A stretch of DNA of 32,000 nucleotides. It comes from an uncultured Chloroflexia bacterium. GTDB lineage: Bacteria; Chloroflexota; Ktedonobacteria; Ktedonobacterales; JADMIN01. Under the pieces are notes generated by a model that was not told the origin of the DNA, ran no database searches, and saw only the letters and a program-made list of their open reading frames with translations. Positions 1 to 8,116 of the stretch are shown in pieces (within the stretch, counting starts at the first letter, position 1; each line of letters opens with the position of its first letter). The position numbers and the translations under genes are program-made. The stretch lies in contig CAVRAI010000004.1 in the NCBI GenBank assembly GCA_963718915.1, positions 90,001-122,000 on the forward strand, written 5' to 3'.

Positions 1-598
1 ATTCGGCGGGCATGCCGCTGCTTCGCTGGCCGATGTTATCCAGCAGGTCTTCATCCCAGTCGGCGCCGATGCCCAGCGGGTAGATGCCCACGCCAGCCGC
101 GCCCGCGTCGTCGGCGATGCGTCGGCAGCGATCGGTATCGCCATAGGTGACGCCATCGGTCAGCAGGATCATCCGGTTGACGGTCTGCGGCGAGGCGAAC
201 TTTTTCAGTTCCATCAGGCCGATGTTCATGCCCAGTGACATGGCCGTGCCACCGCCGTCGCGGATGCCTTCGATCATGCCCTTGATGTGCTCTTTGTCGC
301 TCGCGGGCTGTGCTGGCACCACCACATGTACGTTGTCGTCGAAGATCACCACCGAGACGATATCGGTGGGCAACATGTGATCCACCACTAGCTTCACCGC
401 GTCTTTGACCGCCCGCAGCTTCGCGCCCTTCATCGAGCCGGAGTGATCCAGCACGAGCGCGAAGTTCAGCGGCATGCGCGTCTGCGTTGCTGTCGCGACG
501 GGGCGCGCCTCCACCAGCACATAGGCAAGCTGGCTGCCACCGGTCACGGTCATGCGCTCGCGTCCTACCTGACAGTCCAGAGTTACTTCGCCGGCCAT
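1..598 (-). CDS. von Willebrand factor type A (VWA) domain protein, N-terminal part; the gene runs off the left edge
   Basis: Hand translation of the minus strand from ATG 598: MAGEVTLDCQVGRERMTVTGGSQLAYVLVEARP...LNFALVLDHSGSMKG (MIDAS DxSxS)...DGGGTAMSLG...MILLTDGVTYGD. The frame is open to base 1. It is absent from the ORF track because there is no stop in the window. Confidence 0.85.
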   Translation of the reverse strand, partial: MAGEVTLDCQVGRERMTVTGGSQLAYVLVEARPVATATQTRMPLNFALVLDHSGSMKGAKLRAVKDAVKLVVDHMLPTDIVSVVIFDDNVHVVVPAQPASDKEHIKGMIEGIRDGGGTAMSLGMNIGLMELKKFASPQTVNRMILLTDGVTYGDTDRCRRIADDAGAAGVGIYPLGIGADWDEDLLDNIGQRSSGMPAE

Positions 599-779
599 CT
601 TCTCTCGCCGTTCCCTTTCCTCACGCCGCCATCGCACTCGCCACCGCGCGGCGTTGCCATGCGCGAGCACATATCTTCATATTTGACGGTTTGCTCTTCC
701 CCGCAAAACTGCGTACCGTTAACGTGTACGCTAGGCTCCATGCGAGGGTTGCGAACGGCTGTGGCTGATAAGGCGTGGC

Positions 780-2252
780 TCAAGCGCTGGCGTCGAGCAG
801 GACGACGCTGATGTTGTCTTCACCGCCGTTCTCGTTCGCCGCGCGCACGATACGCTCGCAAGCCTCAGCCGTGCTGACGGTTTCGCGCAGAATGCGTGCC
901 AGTTCGTCGTCGCGCACCATCTCCCAGACGCCATCCGAGCAGAGCAGAATGCGCATACCTGGTCGCAGTTCCTGCGGGAAGATATCGGCTTCCAGTCGCG
1001 GGTCAGCGCCGAGACTCTTGAGGATCTGGTTGCGTTGTGGATGCTCGTAGCGCTCGTCGGGCGTAATCATGCCCGCGTCAATCAGCTGCTCGACCAGTGA
1101 ATGGTCCTTCGTCACGCGGCGCAAGCCATGGTCGTCGTAGACGTAGCCGCGGCTGTCGCCCATATTCACGATCCAGGCGATATCGCCTGCGATGAGCGCG
1201 GCGACGAGCGTTGATCCCATATCGGCCTGCTGCGCGTCATTGGCGGCGCAGAGCGCGACGTTGGCGGCGCGTGCGGCCTCTCGTAGCAGCTTCTCGCCGT
1301 CAAATGCGGACACATCGGTATCGTTAGTCTCTTCACTGTGCTCGTCGGTGGGCGTTGCTGGCATAAGGGCAGGCGCGAGCACCTCCAGCATTGTTTGCAC
1401 GACGAGTTGGCTGGCCTCCTGGCCGTTGTCGTGGCCGCCAAGGCCATCGGCGACGATCCCCAGCGCGCGCGGGTCGTGGCGCGAGTTATAGACCGCGTCG
1501 AAGGCGAGCAGCGCTGTGCTATCCTCATTGGCCTCGCCATGGCGCGTCTGCCCATGGTCGGCGGTCACATACGCGCTCACGCGCACGCCACTGGGGAAAT
1601 GAATGGCGCTGATGGGTTTGGGCGCGACCTCATACGTGCGCAACCCCTGGGTGAAGATGCGCTGTCCCGCTTCCGTCTCGGCATCGGTTGCGTCGGCTAC
1701 CCCCGTATCGCTGGTGAGCCGTTCGACGAGCACAAACTCGCGTGAGAGCATATCGGCGCCGCACTGATCGCAGTAGGGATCGAGCGCGGTCGCGTTATCG
1801 TGCTGTGCTCCACACGACCAGCACTCTTCGTAGGCCTGAAGGTCGCGCGCGCGATAGACATTCTCCGGCCCAAGCTCGGTCTGAGACGAACGCACCAACT
1901 CTTCGACGCGATAGCGTCCCCCGACGATGATGGTGGGAGGCAGCGGCCACGGCAGGCCATCGGTGGGCGTCGGCATGGCGGGCTGCGCCGGGTGCTCTGG
2001 CATCTCATCCAGATCATACGGCGGTAGCGGTTCGCCAAGCGGCTCTGCCTGTGGCGCCGCCGACAGCGATGCGCTAGGCGGCATCTGCGGCATCTGCGGC
2101 ATCTGCGGCATCTGCGGCATCTGCGGCATCTGCGGCAGTCGCGGGATGCTCCTGTGTGGGCATCTCAGAGACCGCAAGCGGTGTGGGCGTCTCTGGCAAT
2201 GTCGCGTCAGCGTCGCCGTCATCCGCTGCGGACTCATCCACTGGGGCAACAT
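780..2252 (-). CDS. PP2C (PPM) Ser/Thr phosphatase with a Pro-rich N-terminus, a kinase-N-lobe-like segment and a CxxC...CxxC zinc ribbon; start uncertain
   Basis: PP2C motifs: ADGLGGHDNGQEAS, GDSRGYV, LLCSDGVWEMV, ANENGGEDNISVVLL. Zinc ribbon: CWSCGAQHDNATALDPYCDQCG. The first ~40 aa of the ORF look like an off-frame translation. In-frame ATGs lie in the repeat at 2129, 2120, 2111, 2102, 2093 and 2084. Confidence 0.85.
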   Translation of the reverse strand: MLPQWMSPQRMTATLTRHCQRRPHRLRSLRCPHRSIPRLPQMPQMPQMPQMPQMPQMPPSASLSAAPQAEPLGEPLPPYDLDEMPEHPAQPAMPTPTDGLPWPLPPTIIVGGRYRVEELVRSSQTELGPENVYRARDLQAYEECWSCGAQHDNATALDPYCDQCGADMLSREFVLVERLTSDTGVADATDAETEAGQRIFTQGLRTYEVAPKPISAIHFPSGVRVSAYVTADHGQTRHGEANEDSTALLAFDAVYNSRHDPRALGIVADGLGGHDNGQEASQLVVQTMLEVLAPALMPATPTDEHSEETNDTDVSAFDGEKLLREAARAANVALCAANDAQQADMGSTLVAALIAGDIAWIVNMGDSRGYVYDDHGLRRVTKDHSLVEQLIDAGMITPDERYEHPQRNQILKSLGADPRLEADIFPQELRPGMRILLCSDGVWEMVRDDELARILRETVSTAEACERIVRAANENGGEDNISVVLLDASA

Positions 2253-2580
2253 CCGCGACCGCTGGCTCCGGCTCTACCTCTGTCTCCGCTGTTTCGGCGA
2301 CGGCTGTGGCGACCTCCGCGCTGATCGGCTCGATGCTTTCGCTTGGCGCGGGCCGCGCTTCGGCGTGATCGTCCGCGCCATTGTCGTCGCCATTGTCCGC
2401 GCCTTCGGTCTCGTCGTCGCGGTGGCGCGGTATCCGTGGCGGACGCTTCTGCTTGCCAGCGCTGTCAGCGGCCTGGTTGTCAGTCTCGGCTTCGGCGGTC
2501 GTGGGTAGCTGTTCAGCGCCACAGACATTGCAAAAGCGCGCCCCCGGACGCAACTCGGCGCCACACTGTACGCACACCAT
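2074..2580 (-). CDS. Zinc-ribbon protein with a long acidic low-complexity tail; possibly the N-terminal part of the downstream PP2C gene
   Basis: N-terminus MVCVQCGAELRPGARFCNVCGAE (CxxC-x11-CxxC). GAGGAG Shine-Dalgarno (SD) 8 nt upstream of ATG 2580. The stop lies 5 nt after the 9-bp repeat. Overlaps the next ORF by 179 nt. Confidence 0.6.
   Translation of the reverse strand: MVCVQCGAELRPGARFCNVCGAEQLPTTAEAETDNQAADSAGKQKRPPRIPRHRDDETEGADNGDDNGADDHAEARPAPSESIEPISAEVATAVAETAETEVEPEPAVADVAPVDESAADDGDADATLPETPTPLAVSEMPTQEHPATAADAADAADAADAADAADAA
2081..2134. repeat. Perfect tandem repeat: GCATCTGCG x6 (9-bp unit)
   Basis: Read directly from the sequence. On the minus strand it encodes (AAD)n in the 2074..2580 frame and (PQM)n in the 780..2252 frame. 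Confidence 0.97.
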
Positions 2581-2603
2581 AGGATACGCTCCTCGCTATC
2601 GCA

Positions 2604-4502
2604 CTACATGTGATCCAGCATCTCGCGGGCATCACTGCTGGCGGGATCGATCATCAGCGCCTTACGCAGTGCATCGCGCGCCTTATTGCGCTTGCCGGTG
2701 GCCGAGAGCGCCACACCCAGCGCGGTCAACGCCTCCGCCGATTGTGGCGCGATGTGTGTCGCCTGCTCCAGCTCGCGCACCGCCTCGGCGGGCTTGTGCG
2801 TTGCCAGCAGCGCGCGCCCCAGTTCCAGGTGAGCGGTCGCGTCGTTCGGCGCGATGGCGGTTGCCTGGCGGAATGACGCGATGGCCTCTGGCCACTCTTT
2901 GCGCGCCTCGTGCAACTGTCCCATGCCGATGAGCGCCGGAACCCAGTTCCGCTGGATTTCCAGTGCGGCGGATAGTTCGCCTTCGGCCTGCGAGAACATG
3001 CCCTGTTGCAGACAGATCAGTCCAAGCTGGCTGGGAATATCGGCGTTACGTGGATCGAGCACGCGCGCCTTTGTCAGGGCAATCTGCGCGGCGGTGAGGT
3101 CGCCCGCATCGCGCCATGACAGGCCTTCCAGGGTCAGCGCCTCGGCCGTCGGTTGCAGACGGGCCGCCTGCTCGAAAGCGCGCGCCGCTTCGAGATGCCG
3201 GTTGAGCGAACGTCGGGCACGCCCAAGCAGCAGGTAGAGATCATAAGCGCCGCGTCCCTGGCTGATGGCTTCCTCCGCCTGGCGGATCGCCTGCTGGAAG
3301 CGTCCGGCGCCGAACGATTCGGTAGCGCGCTGGGCGTGCAGTTCGGCGGTGCTGGCGGGCACAATCGTCGTGACCGGAGCGGCGACAGGCGTTCCGGCGC
3401 GGCGGCGTGGCGCGATTCCCGGACGCAGTGGCGCGCCATCGCGCGCGCAGAATTTCGCGTTCGAGCGGTTGATGAACCCACAACGCGGGCAGATCAATCC
3501 AGCGGGCCTAGCTCCGGAGCGCGCGGCTGGACGTGGCGCGGTGGCTGGCTGCGCGACGACCGAAGCCGACGATACGGACGGCTGTGGCGAACCCACTGGG
3601 CGCGCGGGCATGGGTGACGAGACCACAGGCGCCGATGGCCTGGACGACGTGATGCGCGTTCGGCTGGCCTGGGCTGCGGGTGGCAGCGACAGCATCGCCT
3701 GACGCATCGCCTGACGCATCGCCTCGGCGTCGGGGAAGCGGCGCGCGGGATCAAGCTCCATCGCGCGGATAATCAGGCGCTCGGTGGCCTCGCTGAGGGT
3801 GGGCGCGTGGTGGCGCAACGATCCGAGACGTGGTGTCTCCATCGGCGCTGGCTCGACATCGGTCAGCAGGTGATACATGGTCGCGCCCAGGCTGTAGATA
3901 TCCGAACGGGCGTCGGTCTGGCCGTGACCATGATGCTCGGGTGAGGCATAGATGGCGGTGCCAAGATTTTCGGTATTGCTCTGTTTCCCCGCCTTATAGG
4001 TCCGCGCGATGCCGAAGTCGATGAGGAAGACGTCACCATCAGGTGTGACCATGATGTTGCCGGGTTTGAGGTCGCGCACGATAATCGGCGGATGTTGCGC
4101 ATGCAGATAGCTCAACACATCGCAGACATCACACATCCACGAGAGCACGTCATATTCTGGCAGTGGGCTGTGCCTCTGCGTCTGGAGGTCTTCGAGCGTG
4201 ACACCGGCGATCAGCTCCATCAGGAAGTAGTGCTGGCCGCGTTCGAGAAAATGCCCCTCGAAGGAGGGTATGCGCGGGTGGTGCAACCGGCGGAGCAGCG
4301 CGATCTCGTCGTCGAAGCGCTTGACGGCGGCGGCGCGCTCCTCCGGCGGCAGCGTGGCGTCGTCGAGAAGCTCTTTGAGCGCGAGGAATCTACCCGGATG
4401 GGTGACGTCCTCCACTTTGTAGACGCTACCCATCCCGCCTTCACCCAGACGAGCAATCAGCCGGTAGCGCCCAGCCAGAACGGTCCCAGACGCAAGGGGC
4501 AT
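2604..4502 (-). CDS. Hanks-type Ser/Thr protein kinase with an internal zinc-ribbon-like segment and C-terminal TPR repeats
   Basis: GEGGMGSVYKVED (Gly loop), ALKEL, IIVRDLKPGNIMV (VRD instead of HRD), DFGIAR, SPEH. Then a P/S-rich linker, CPRCGFINRSNAKFCARDG, and TPR-like repeats (AEAxxxLGxAL...). AGGAG SD upstream. Confidence 0.92.
   Translation of the reverse strand: MPLASGTVLAGRYRLIARLGEGGMGSVYKVEDVTHPGRFLALKELLDDATLPPEERAAAVKRFDDEIALLRRLHHPRIPSFEGHFLERGQHYFLMELIAGVTLEDLQTQRHSPLPEYDVLSWMCDVCDVLSYLHAQHPPIIVRDLKPGNIMVTPDGDVFLIDFGIARTYKAGKQSNTENLGTAIYASPEHHGHGQTDARSDIYSLGATMYHLLTDVEPAPMETPRLGSLRHHAPTLSEATERLIIRAMELDPARRFPDAEAMRQAMRQAMLSLPPAAQASRTRITSSRPSAPVVSSPMPARPVGSPQPSVSSASVVAQPATAPRPAARSGARPAGLICPRCGFINRSNAKFCARDGAPLRPGIAPRRRAGTPVAAPVTTIVPASTAELHAQRATESFGAGRFQQAIRQAEEAISQGRGAYDLYLLLGRARRSLNRHLEAARAFEQAARLQPTAEALTLEGLSWRDAGDLTAAQIALTKARVLDPRNADIPSQLGLICLQQGMFSQAEGELSAALEIQRNWVPALIGMGQLHEARKEWPEAIASFRQATAIAPNDATAHLELGRALLATHKPAEAVRELEQATHIAPQSAEALTALGVALSATGKRNKARDALRKALMIDPASSDAREMLDHM
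3693..3724. repeat. In-frame 12-bp tandem repeat (CATCGCCTGACG, ~2.7 copies) inside the kinase linker
   Basis: Read directly; encodes AMRQAMRQAM on the minus strand. Confidence 0.9.
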
Positions 4503-4513
4503 GGCGATGGCTC

Positions 4514-5470
4514 CTACCCAGCGACACAGCGAACGAGCACCGCGGTAATGTTGTCTTCGCCGCCGTTTTCGTTCGCGCGCTGAATCAGGAGGTCAACCGT
4601 CTCGTTGAGATCATTAACCTCGGTGAGGATATTGGTCAGCTGTGGATCGCGCACCATCTCCCACAGACCGTCGCAGCATAACAGCAGGGCATCGCCTGGC
4701 TGTAACGCTTCCGTGAAGATATCGACATCCACCTCTGCCCGGCCCGCGCCCAGCGAACGGTAAATGAGATTGCGGCTGGGGTGGTCGTAGACATCCTCCC
4801 GGTCGATCTGGCCCGCCTGCACCAGCCGCTCGACCAGTGAGTGATCAGAGGTGATACGGGTGAGCTTGCCCTCGCGCAGCAGATAGGTGCGGCTGTCGCC
4901 GACGTTCGCGATGAATGCCTGACCCTCGATGATCAGCGCGGCGGTGATGGTGGATCCGAGGCCGCGCGCCTCTTTGTGTTCGTCGCCGTACTCGACGATC
5001 TTCTCGCTGCTCTGCTCGATGGCATTGCGCAACAGGTCGGAGTAGTGTTCGAGCGCCACGGATTCGGTCAGCGCTTTGGTTGGCTGTGCCGCGTGCGCAG
5101 CCGGGGTTTCCACCTCATCCCCACTGGCTCCATTGGCTTCGCTGGTTGCTTTGTTCTCGTCGCCGCCTTCTGCCGCGGGGAGCTTGCGGGGAGTTTTCGC
5201 CCCTTTGTCGCGCCCGCGCGTCCGGTTGAGCGGCATCGTCGGCTGCGAGCTGGTCGGCCCCAGCACTGACTTGAGCATCTCGCTCACGGTTTCGACAGCG
5301 ATTTTGCTGGCCACTTCGCCAGCGTGGTAGCCGCCCATGCCATCGGCGACGATGAAGAGGCCAGACGCATGGCGGTCATCATCGATGATGTGTGAATAGT
5401 GGTTGTCTTCATTCTGCTCGCGCTGCTTGCCGGGATCCGACTTGGCAGCGGCGATGAGACGCAGGGCCAT
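4514..5470 (-). CDS. PP2C (PPM) Ser/Thr phosphatase
   Basis: ADGMGGYHAGEVAS, GDSRTYLL, LLLCCDGLWEMV, ANENGGEDNITAVLV. GGGAGGGG SD 7 nt upstream. A low-complexity insert lies in the flap region. Confidence 0.92.
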   Translation of the reverse strand: MALRLIAAAKSDPGKQREQNEDNHYSHIIDDDRHASGLFIVADGMGGYHAGEVASKIAVETVSEMLKSVLGPTSSQPTMPLNRTRGRDKGAKTPRKLPAAEGGDENKATSEANGASGDEVETPAAHAAQPTKALTESVALEHYSDLLRNAIEQSSEKIVEYGDEHKEARGLGSTITAALIIEGQAFIANVGDSRTYLLREGKLTRITSDHSLVERLVQAGQIDREDVYDHPSRNLIYRSLGAGRAEVDVDIFTEALQPGDALLLCCDGLWEMVRDPQLTNILTEVNDLNETVDLLIQRANENGGEDNITAVLVRCVAG

Positions 5471-5593
5471 GCGGATCCCCTCCCAGCCGATTCAGAAAAA
5501 CAGTAGTGACATCTCCCCCAGTGAAAACCAGGAGCTTCCAGGGGTCGAACCCCACGCCATGATGCCCCAGGGCGAGAGCCAAAGCTCACCGGC

Positions 5594-5622
5594 ACTATAT
5601 CATGTGTCACCGGGCGATGCAA
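5594..5622 (-). promoter_or_regulatory. Putative sigma70-type promoter for the PP2C/kinase operon
   Basis: Minus strand TTGCAT (5622-5617), 17-nt spacer, TATAGT (5599-5594). About 115-nt leader to ATG 5470. Confidence 0.3.
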
Positions 5623-5767
5623 TGCAGTGCGCGACCGTTCGACCGCGCAGCATACTCTGCGGTATCTACGTCAGAAGGCGTACTATGTTGCGCGCTATGT
5701 GCCATATATATCGAGTCTGTTCAGAGCGCGTGCTTGTGAGCCTGGCCTGGGCCTTCTGGAGGGCGTC

Positions 5768-5810
5768 CCAAAAGGAAAGAGGCAGACACACGCGCAGTGC
5801 ATCTGCCTCT
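5768..5810 (-). terminator. Rho-independent terminator downstream of rpmA
   Basis: Minus strand AGAGGCAGA-15 nt-TCTGCCTCT (9-bp stem, 5810-5778) followed by TTCCTTTTGG. Confidence 0.55.
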
Positions 5811-5851
5811 TGAGAACGTCGAGCCGGGCATCCAGCGCCGATTCGGACAGA

Positions 5852-6145
5852 TCAGGCGGTGGCCACTGTCTCCGCGGCCGACTGCGCGGCGGCGACTGGA
5901 TAGACGCTCACACGCTTTTTGGTCCGGGTCTCCCACTCGAACTTCACCGTGCCGTCGATCATCGCGAACAGCGTGAAATCGCGGCCCAGGCCGACGTTGC
6001 GTCCGGGGTTGAAGCGCGTGCCCATCTGGCGCACGAGCACCGAGCCAGAATGTACGAACTGACCATCGAAGCGCTTCACACCGAGCATCTTCGGTTTGCT
6101 GTCGCGGCCGTTACGTGAACTGCCAACACCCTTTTTATGAGCCAT
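5852..6145 (-). CDS. rpmA: 50S ribosomal protein L27
   Basis: [59 protein letters not shown] is the canonical L27 sequence. There is no N-terminal propeptide. Confidence 0.97.
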   Translation of the reverse strand: MAHKKGVGSSRNGRDSKPKMLGVKRFDGQFVHSGSVLVRQMGTRFNPGRNVGLGRDFTLFAMIDGTVKFEWETRTKKRVSVYPVAAAQSAAETVATA

Positions 6146-6197
6146 ATCGTTCTATCCCGTTCTCCACCAGCGCTTCGCCATAGAAGCGCCCTTATCC

Positions 6198-6647
6198 CTA
6201 CGCCTCAGGCGCGGCCTTTTCAGTTACGCCCAGCGCCTCGTACGCGCTCAACAGGCGGGCTTCGTAGCGCCTCGCCTGGCGGCTTGCCGACGCTTCGTAG
6301 CGCTGGCGATCCTCTTCGGAGACGAGGCTCTTGCCATCCGCCTGAATGTCGGTCACCAGCAGATACATGTAATCCTGGCGGTGGCCCTGCGTCCGGCGAT
6401 AGCGCTTCTTGGACTTGTACTTGAAGACGATGATCTTCTCGCCGCGCCCCTCGCGGACGACCGTGGTCATCACACGCGCGTTTGCAACAGTGGGCGAGCC
6501 AACGAGCGTCGTGTCGTCGGTAGAGACGAGCAGCACACGCTCCAGCGCCACCTCACTGCCTGGCTCGGCGGGCAACAGCTCCACCTCAACCGTCTGGCCA
6601 GGGGTGACGCGGTACTGCTTGCCCCCTGTCTCGATCACTGCATACAT
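6198..6647 (-). CDS. rplU: 50S ribosomal protein L21 with a ~45-aa C-terminal extension
   Basis: MYAVIETGGKQYRVTPGQTVEVE...KIIVFKYKSKKRYRRTQGHRQ is the canonical L21 sequence. AGGAGAG SD upstream. Confidence 0.97.
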   Translation of the reverse strand: MYAVIETGGKQYRVTPGQTVEVELLPAEPGSEVALERVLLVSTDDTTLVGSPTVANARVMTTVVREGRGEKIIVFKYKSKKRYRRTQGHRQDYMYLLVTDIQADGKSLVSEEDRQRYEASASRQARRYEARLLSAYEALGVTEKAAPEA

Positions 6648-6692
6648 GGTCTGGGTCTCTCCTGCATTCCTGCGCTATCCGTATCGGTCTCA

Positions 6693-6712
6693 CAGATGCG
6701 TTCCCGCATCTG
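6693..6712 (-). promoter_or_regulatory. Hairpin in the rplU 5' leader (8-bp stem, GGAA loop)
   Basis: Minus strand CAGATGCG-GGAA-CGCATCTG, 45 nt upstream of ATG 6647. Confidence 0.5.
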
Positions 6713-6822
6713 CTCCTCTGTATGAACGAAGAAGACCACGTGCGCGGCGCGCAGTGGTACCCCGGAGCGGTGTTGTTTTGCGGGATCACGCACGAGAAGG
6801 TGTACTCGCGTACAGCCTATAG

Positions 6823-6851
6823 AGTGTATCACTGGCCCCCATACCTGTCAA
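6823..6851 (-). promoter_or_regulatory. Putative rplU-rpmA promoter
   Basis: Minus strand TTGACA (6851-6846), 17-nt spacer, TACACT (6828-6823). Confidence 0.45.
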
Positions 6852-6906
6852 GCAACAGGCAGGATAGCGCTACCCGCGTCATCGCTGAGAGTTCGCTGAG
6901 TTTCCT

Positions 6907-6935
6907 TGCTGCCACGAGCGATCAACCGATATAGT
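6907..6935 (+). promoter_or_regulatory. Putative promoter of the esterase gene
   Basis: TTGCTG (6907-6912), 17-nt spacer, TATAGT (6930-6935). GGGGAGGGA SD before ATG 6981. Confidence 0.25.
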
Positions 6936-6980
6936 GTGGCGTGGCTGTGGAATGATTTTCGCGCCGGGGAGGGATAGCGC

Positions 6981-7970
6981 ATGAGGCTGCTGTGGCGAGT
7001 CGGGGGAATATTCCTGCTGTTACCGGCGCTGATCCTGAGCGTGGCAGGCTGCCGTCTGGCGCAACACACGCCCGCCCCACCACCATCGGCGGCGATAACG
7101 GCGACGACCGCGGCGACCTATGGCGATCATACCGGCTCGATGGAGATCGGCGGCCTGACCCGCACCTGGCTGCTGCACGTGCCGAACAAATACAGCCGAC
7201 AGAACCTCGCGCCGCTGCTCCTGGCGCTGCATGGACGGCTGGGCGATGGCAAGGGCATGGCGTCGCTGACCCACCTGAGCCAGGTATCCGACCAGTATGG
7301 CTTCATCGTAGTCTATCCCGATGGCTACCAGCGCGGCTGGGCCGATGGTCGGGGCGCGACGACAGCCGACCAGGCGGGAGTTGACGATGTGGCATTCCTC
7401 TCGGCGCTGATCGCGACACTCTCTGGCACGTATGCAATCGATGCCCGGCGCGTCTATGTGACGGGTATCTCCAACGGCGGATTCATGGCTCATCGCCTGG
7501 GCTGTGACCTTTCGGCCAAGATTGCCGCCATTGTCGTGGACGCCGCAACTTTCCCTGTCGATCTCGCGGATCGCTGCTCACCGTCGCATCCCATGCCGGT
7601 GCTGCTCTTCAACGGTACCGCCGATCCGCTCGTGCCGTACCAGGGTGGGGTGGTAGCCGGGGATCGCGGCGAGGTGTATTCGGCGCAACAGACTGCCGCG
7701 CGGTGGGCGGCCCTCGCCGGGTGCGCGCCAACGACGACAAGCGAGACGGTTCCGACGCTGGTCAACGATGGCACGACGGTCAGCGACGTAACGTACAGCG
7801 GCTGCGGGGGCAATGCGCTGGTGCGCTTCTACACGATTGACGGCGGTGGTCATACGTGGCCTGGCGGCGTGCAATACCTGCCCGCATCCATCGTCGGCAA
7901 GACAACGCGCAACCTCGACGCCAGCCAGACTCTCTGGGCGTTCGTCTCGCAGTTCACGCTGGCGAGTTAG
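6981..7970 (+). CDS. Secreted lipoprotein esterase, PHB-depolymerase/LpqC-like alpha/beta hydrolase
   Basis: Signal peptide with lipobox LSVAGC. LLLALHGRLGDG...VVYPDG...DDVAFL....VYVTGISNGGFMAHRL (GxSxG nucleophile elbow). Confidence 0.8.
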   Translation: MRLLWRVGGIFLLLPALILSVAGCRLAQHTPAPPPSAAITATTAATYGDHTGSMEIGGLTRTWLLHVPNKYSRQNLAPLLLALHGRLGDGKGMASLTHLSQVSDQYGFIVVYPDGYQRGWADGRGATTADQAGVDDVAFLSALIATLSGTYAIDARRVYVTGISNGGFMAHRLGCDLSAKIAAIVVDAATFPVDLADRCSPSHPMPVLLFNGTADPLVPYQGGVVAGDRGEVYSAQQTAARWAALAGCAPTTTSETVPTLVNDGTTVSDVTYSGCGGNALVRFYTIDGGGHTWPGGVQYLPASIVGKTTRNLDASQTLWAFVSQFTLAS

Positions 7971-7980
7971 CGGCAGCCCC

Positions 7981-8019
7981 GACCTCACCCCCAGCCCCTC
8001 TCCTGCGAGGAGAGGGGAG
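7981..8019 (-). repeat. GC-rich hairpin repeat, family 1, copy A (inverted orientation)
   Basis: CCCCTCTCCT-GCG-AGGAGAGGGG 10-bp stem. The reverse complement reads CTCCCCTCTCC..GGAGAGGGGCTGGGGGTGAGGTC, nearly identical to copy C at 18787. Confidence 0.85.
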
Positions 8020-8116
8020 ACAGAACAGTCTAACCAACGCCATGCTGCTGAGGGCGTTCTGGAGAAACCCTCACCTACGACTGTCCCTGCCCTTGTGCGG
8101 CATTAGTCGCGTGCGG

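Noticed and set aside
2081-2134. The tandem repeats (9-bp x6 here; 14-bp x2.4 at 15241-15273; 12-bp x2.7 at 3693-3724) as a possible CRISPR array.
   Set aside because: The units are far too short, there are no spacers between them, and no cas genes are present.
5541-5553. GGGGTCGAACCCC, resembling a tRNA T-arm (GTTCGA on the minus strand).
   Set aside because: The loop is only 5 nt. I could find no acceptor, D or anticodon arms in the flanking ~80 nt on either strand. It is probably just a hairpin in the operon leader.
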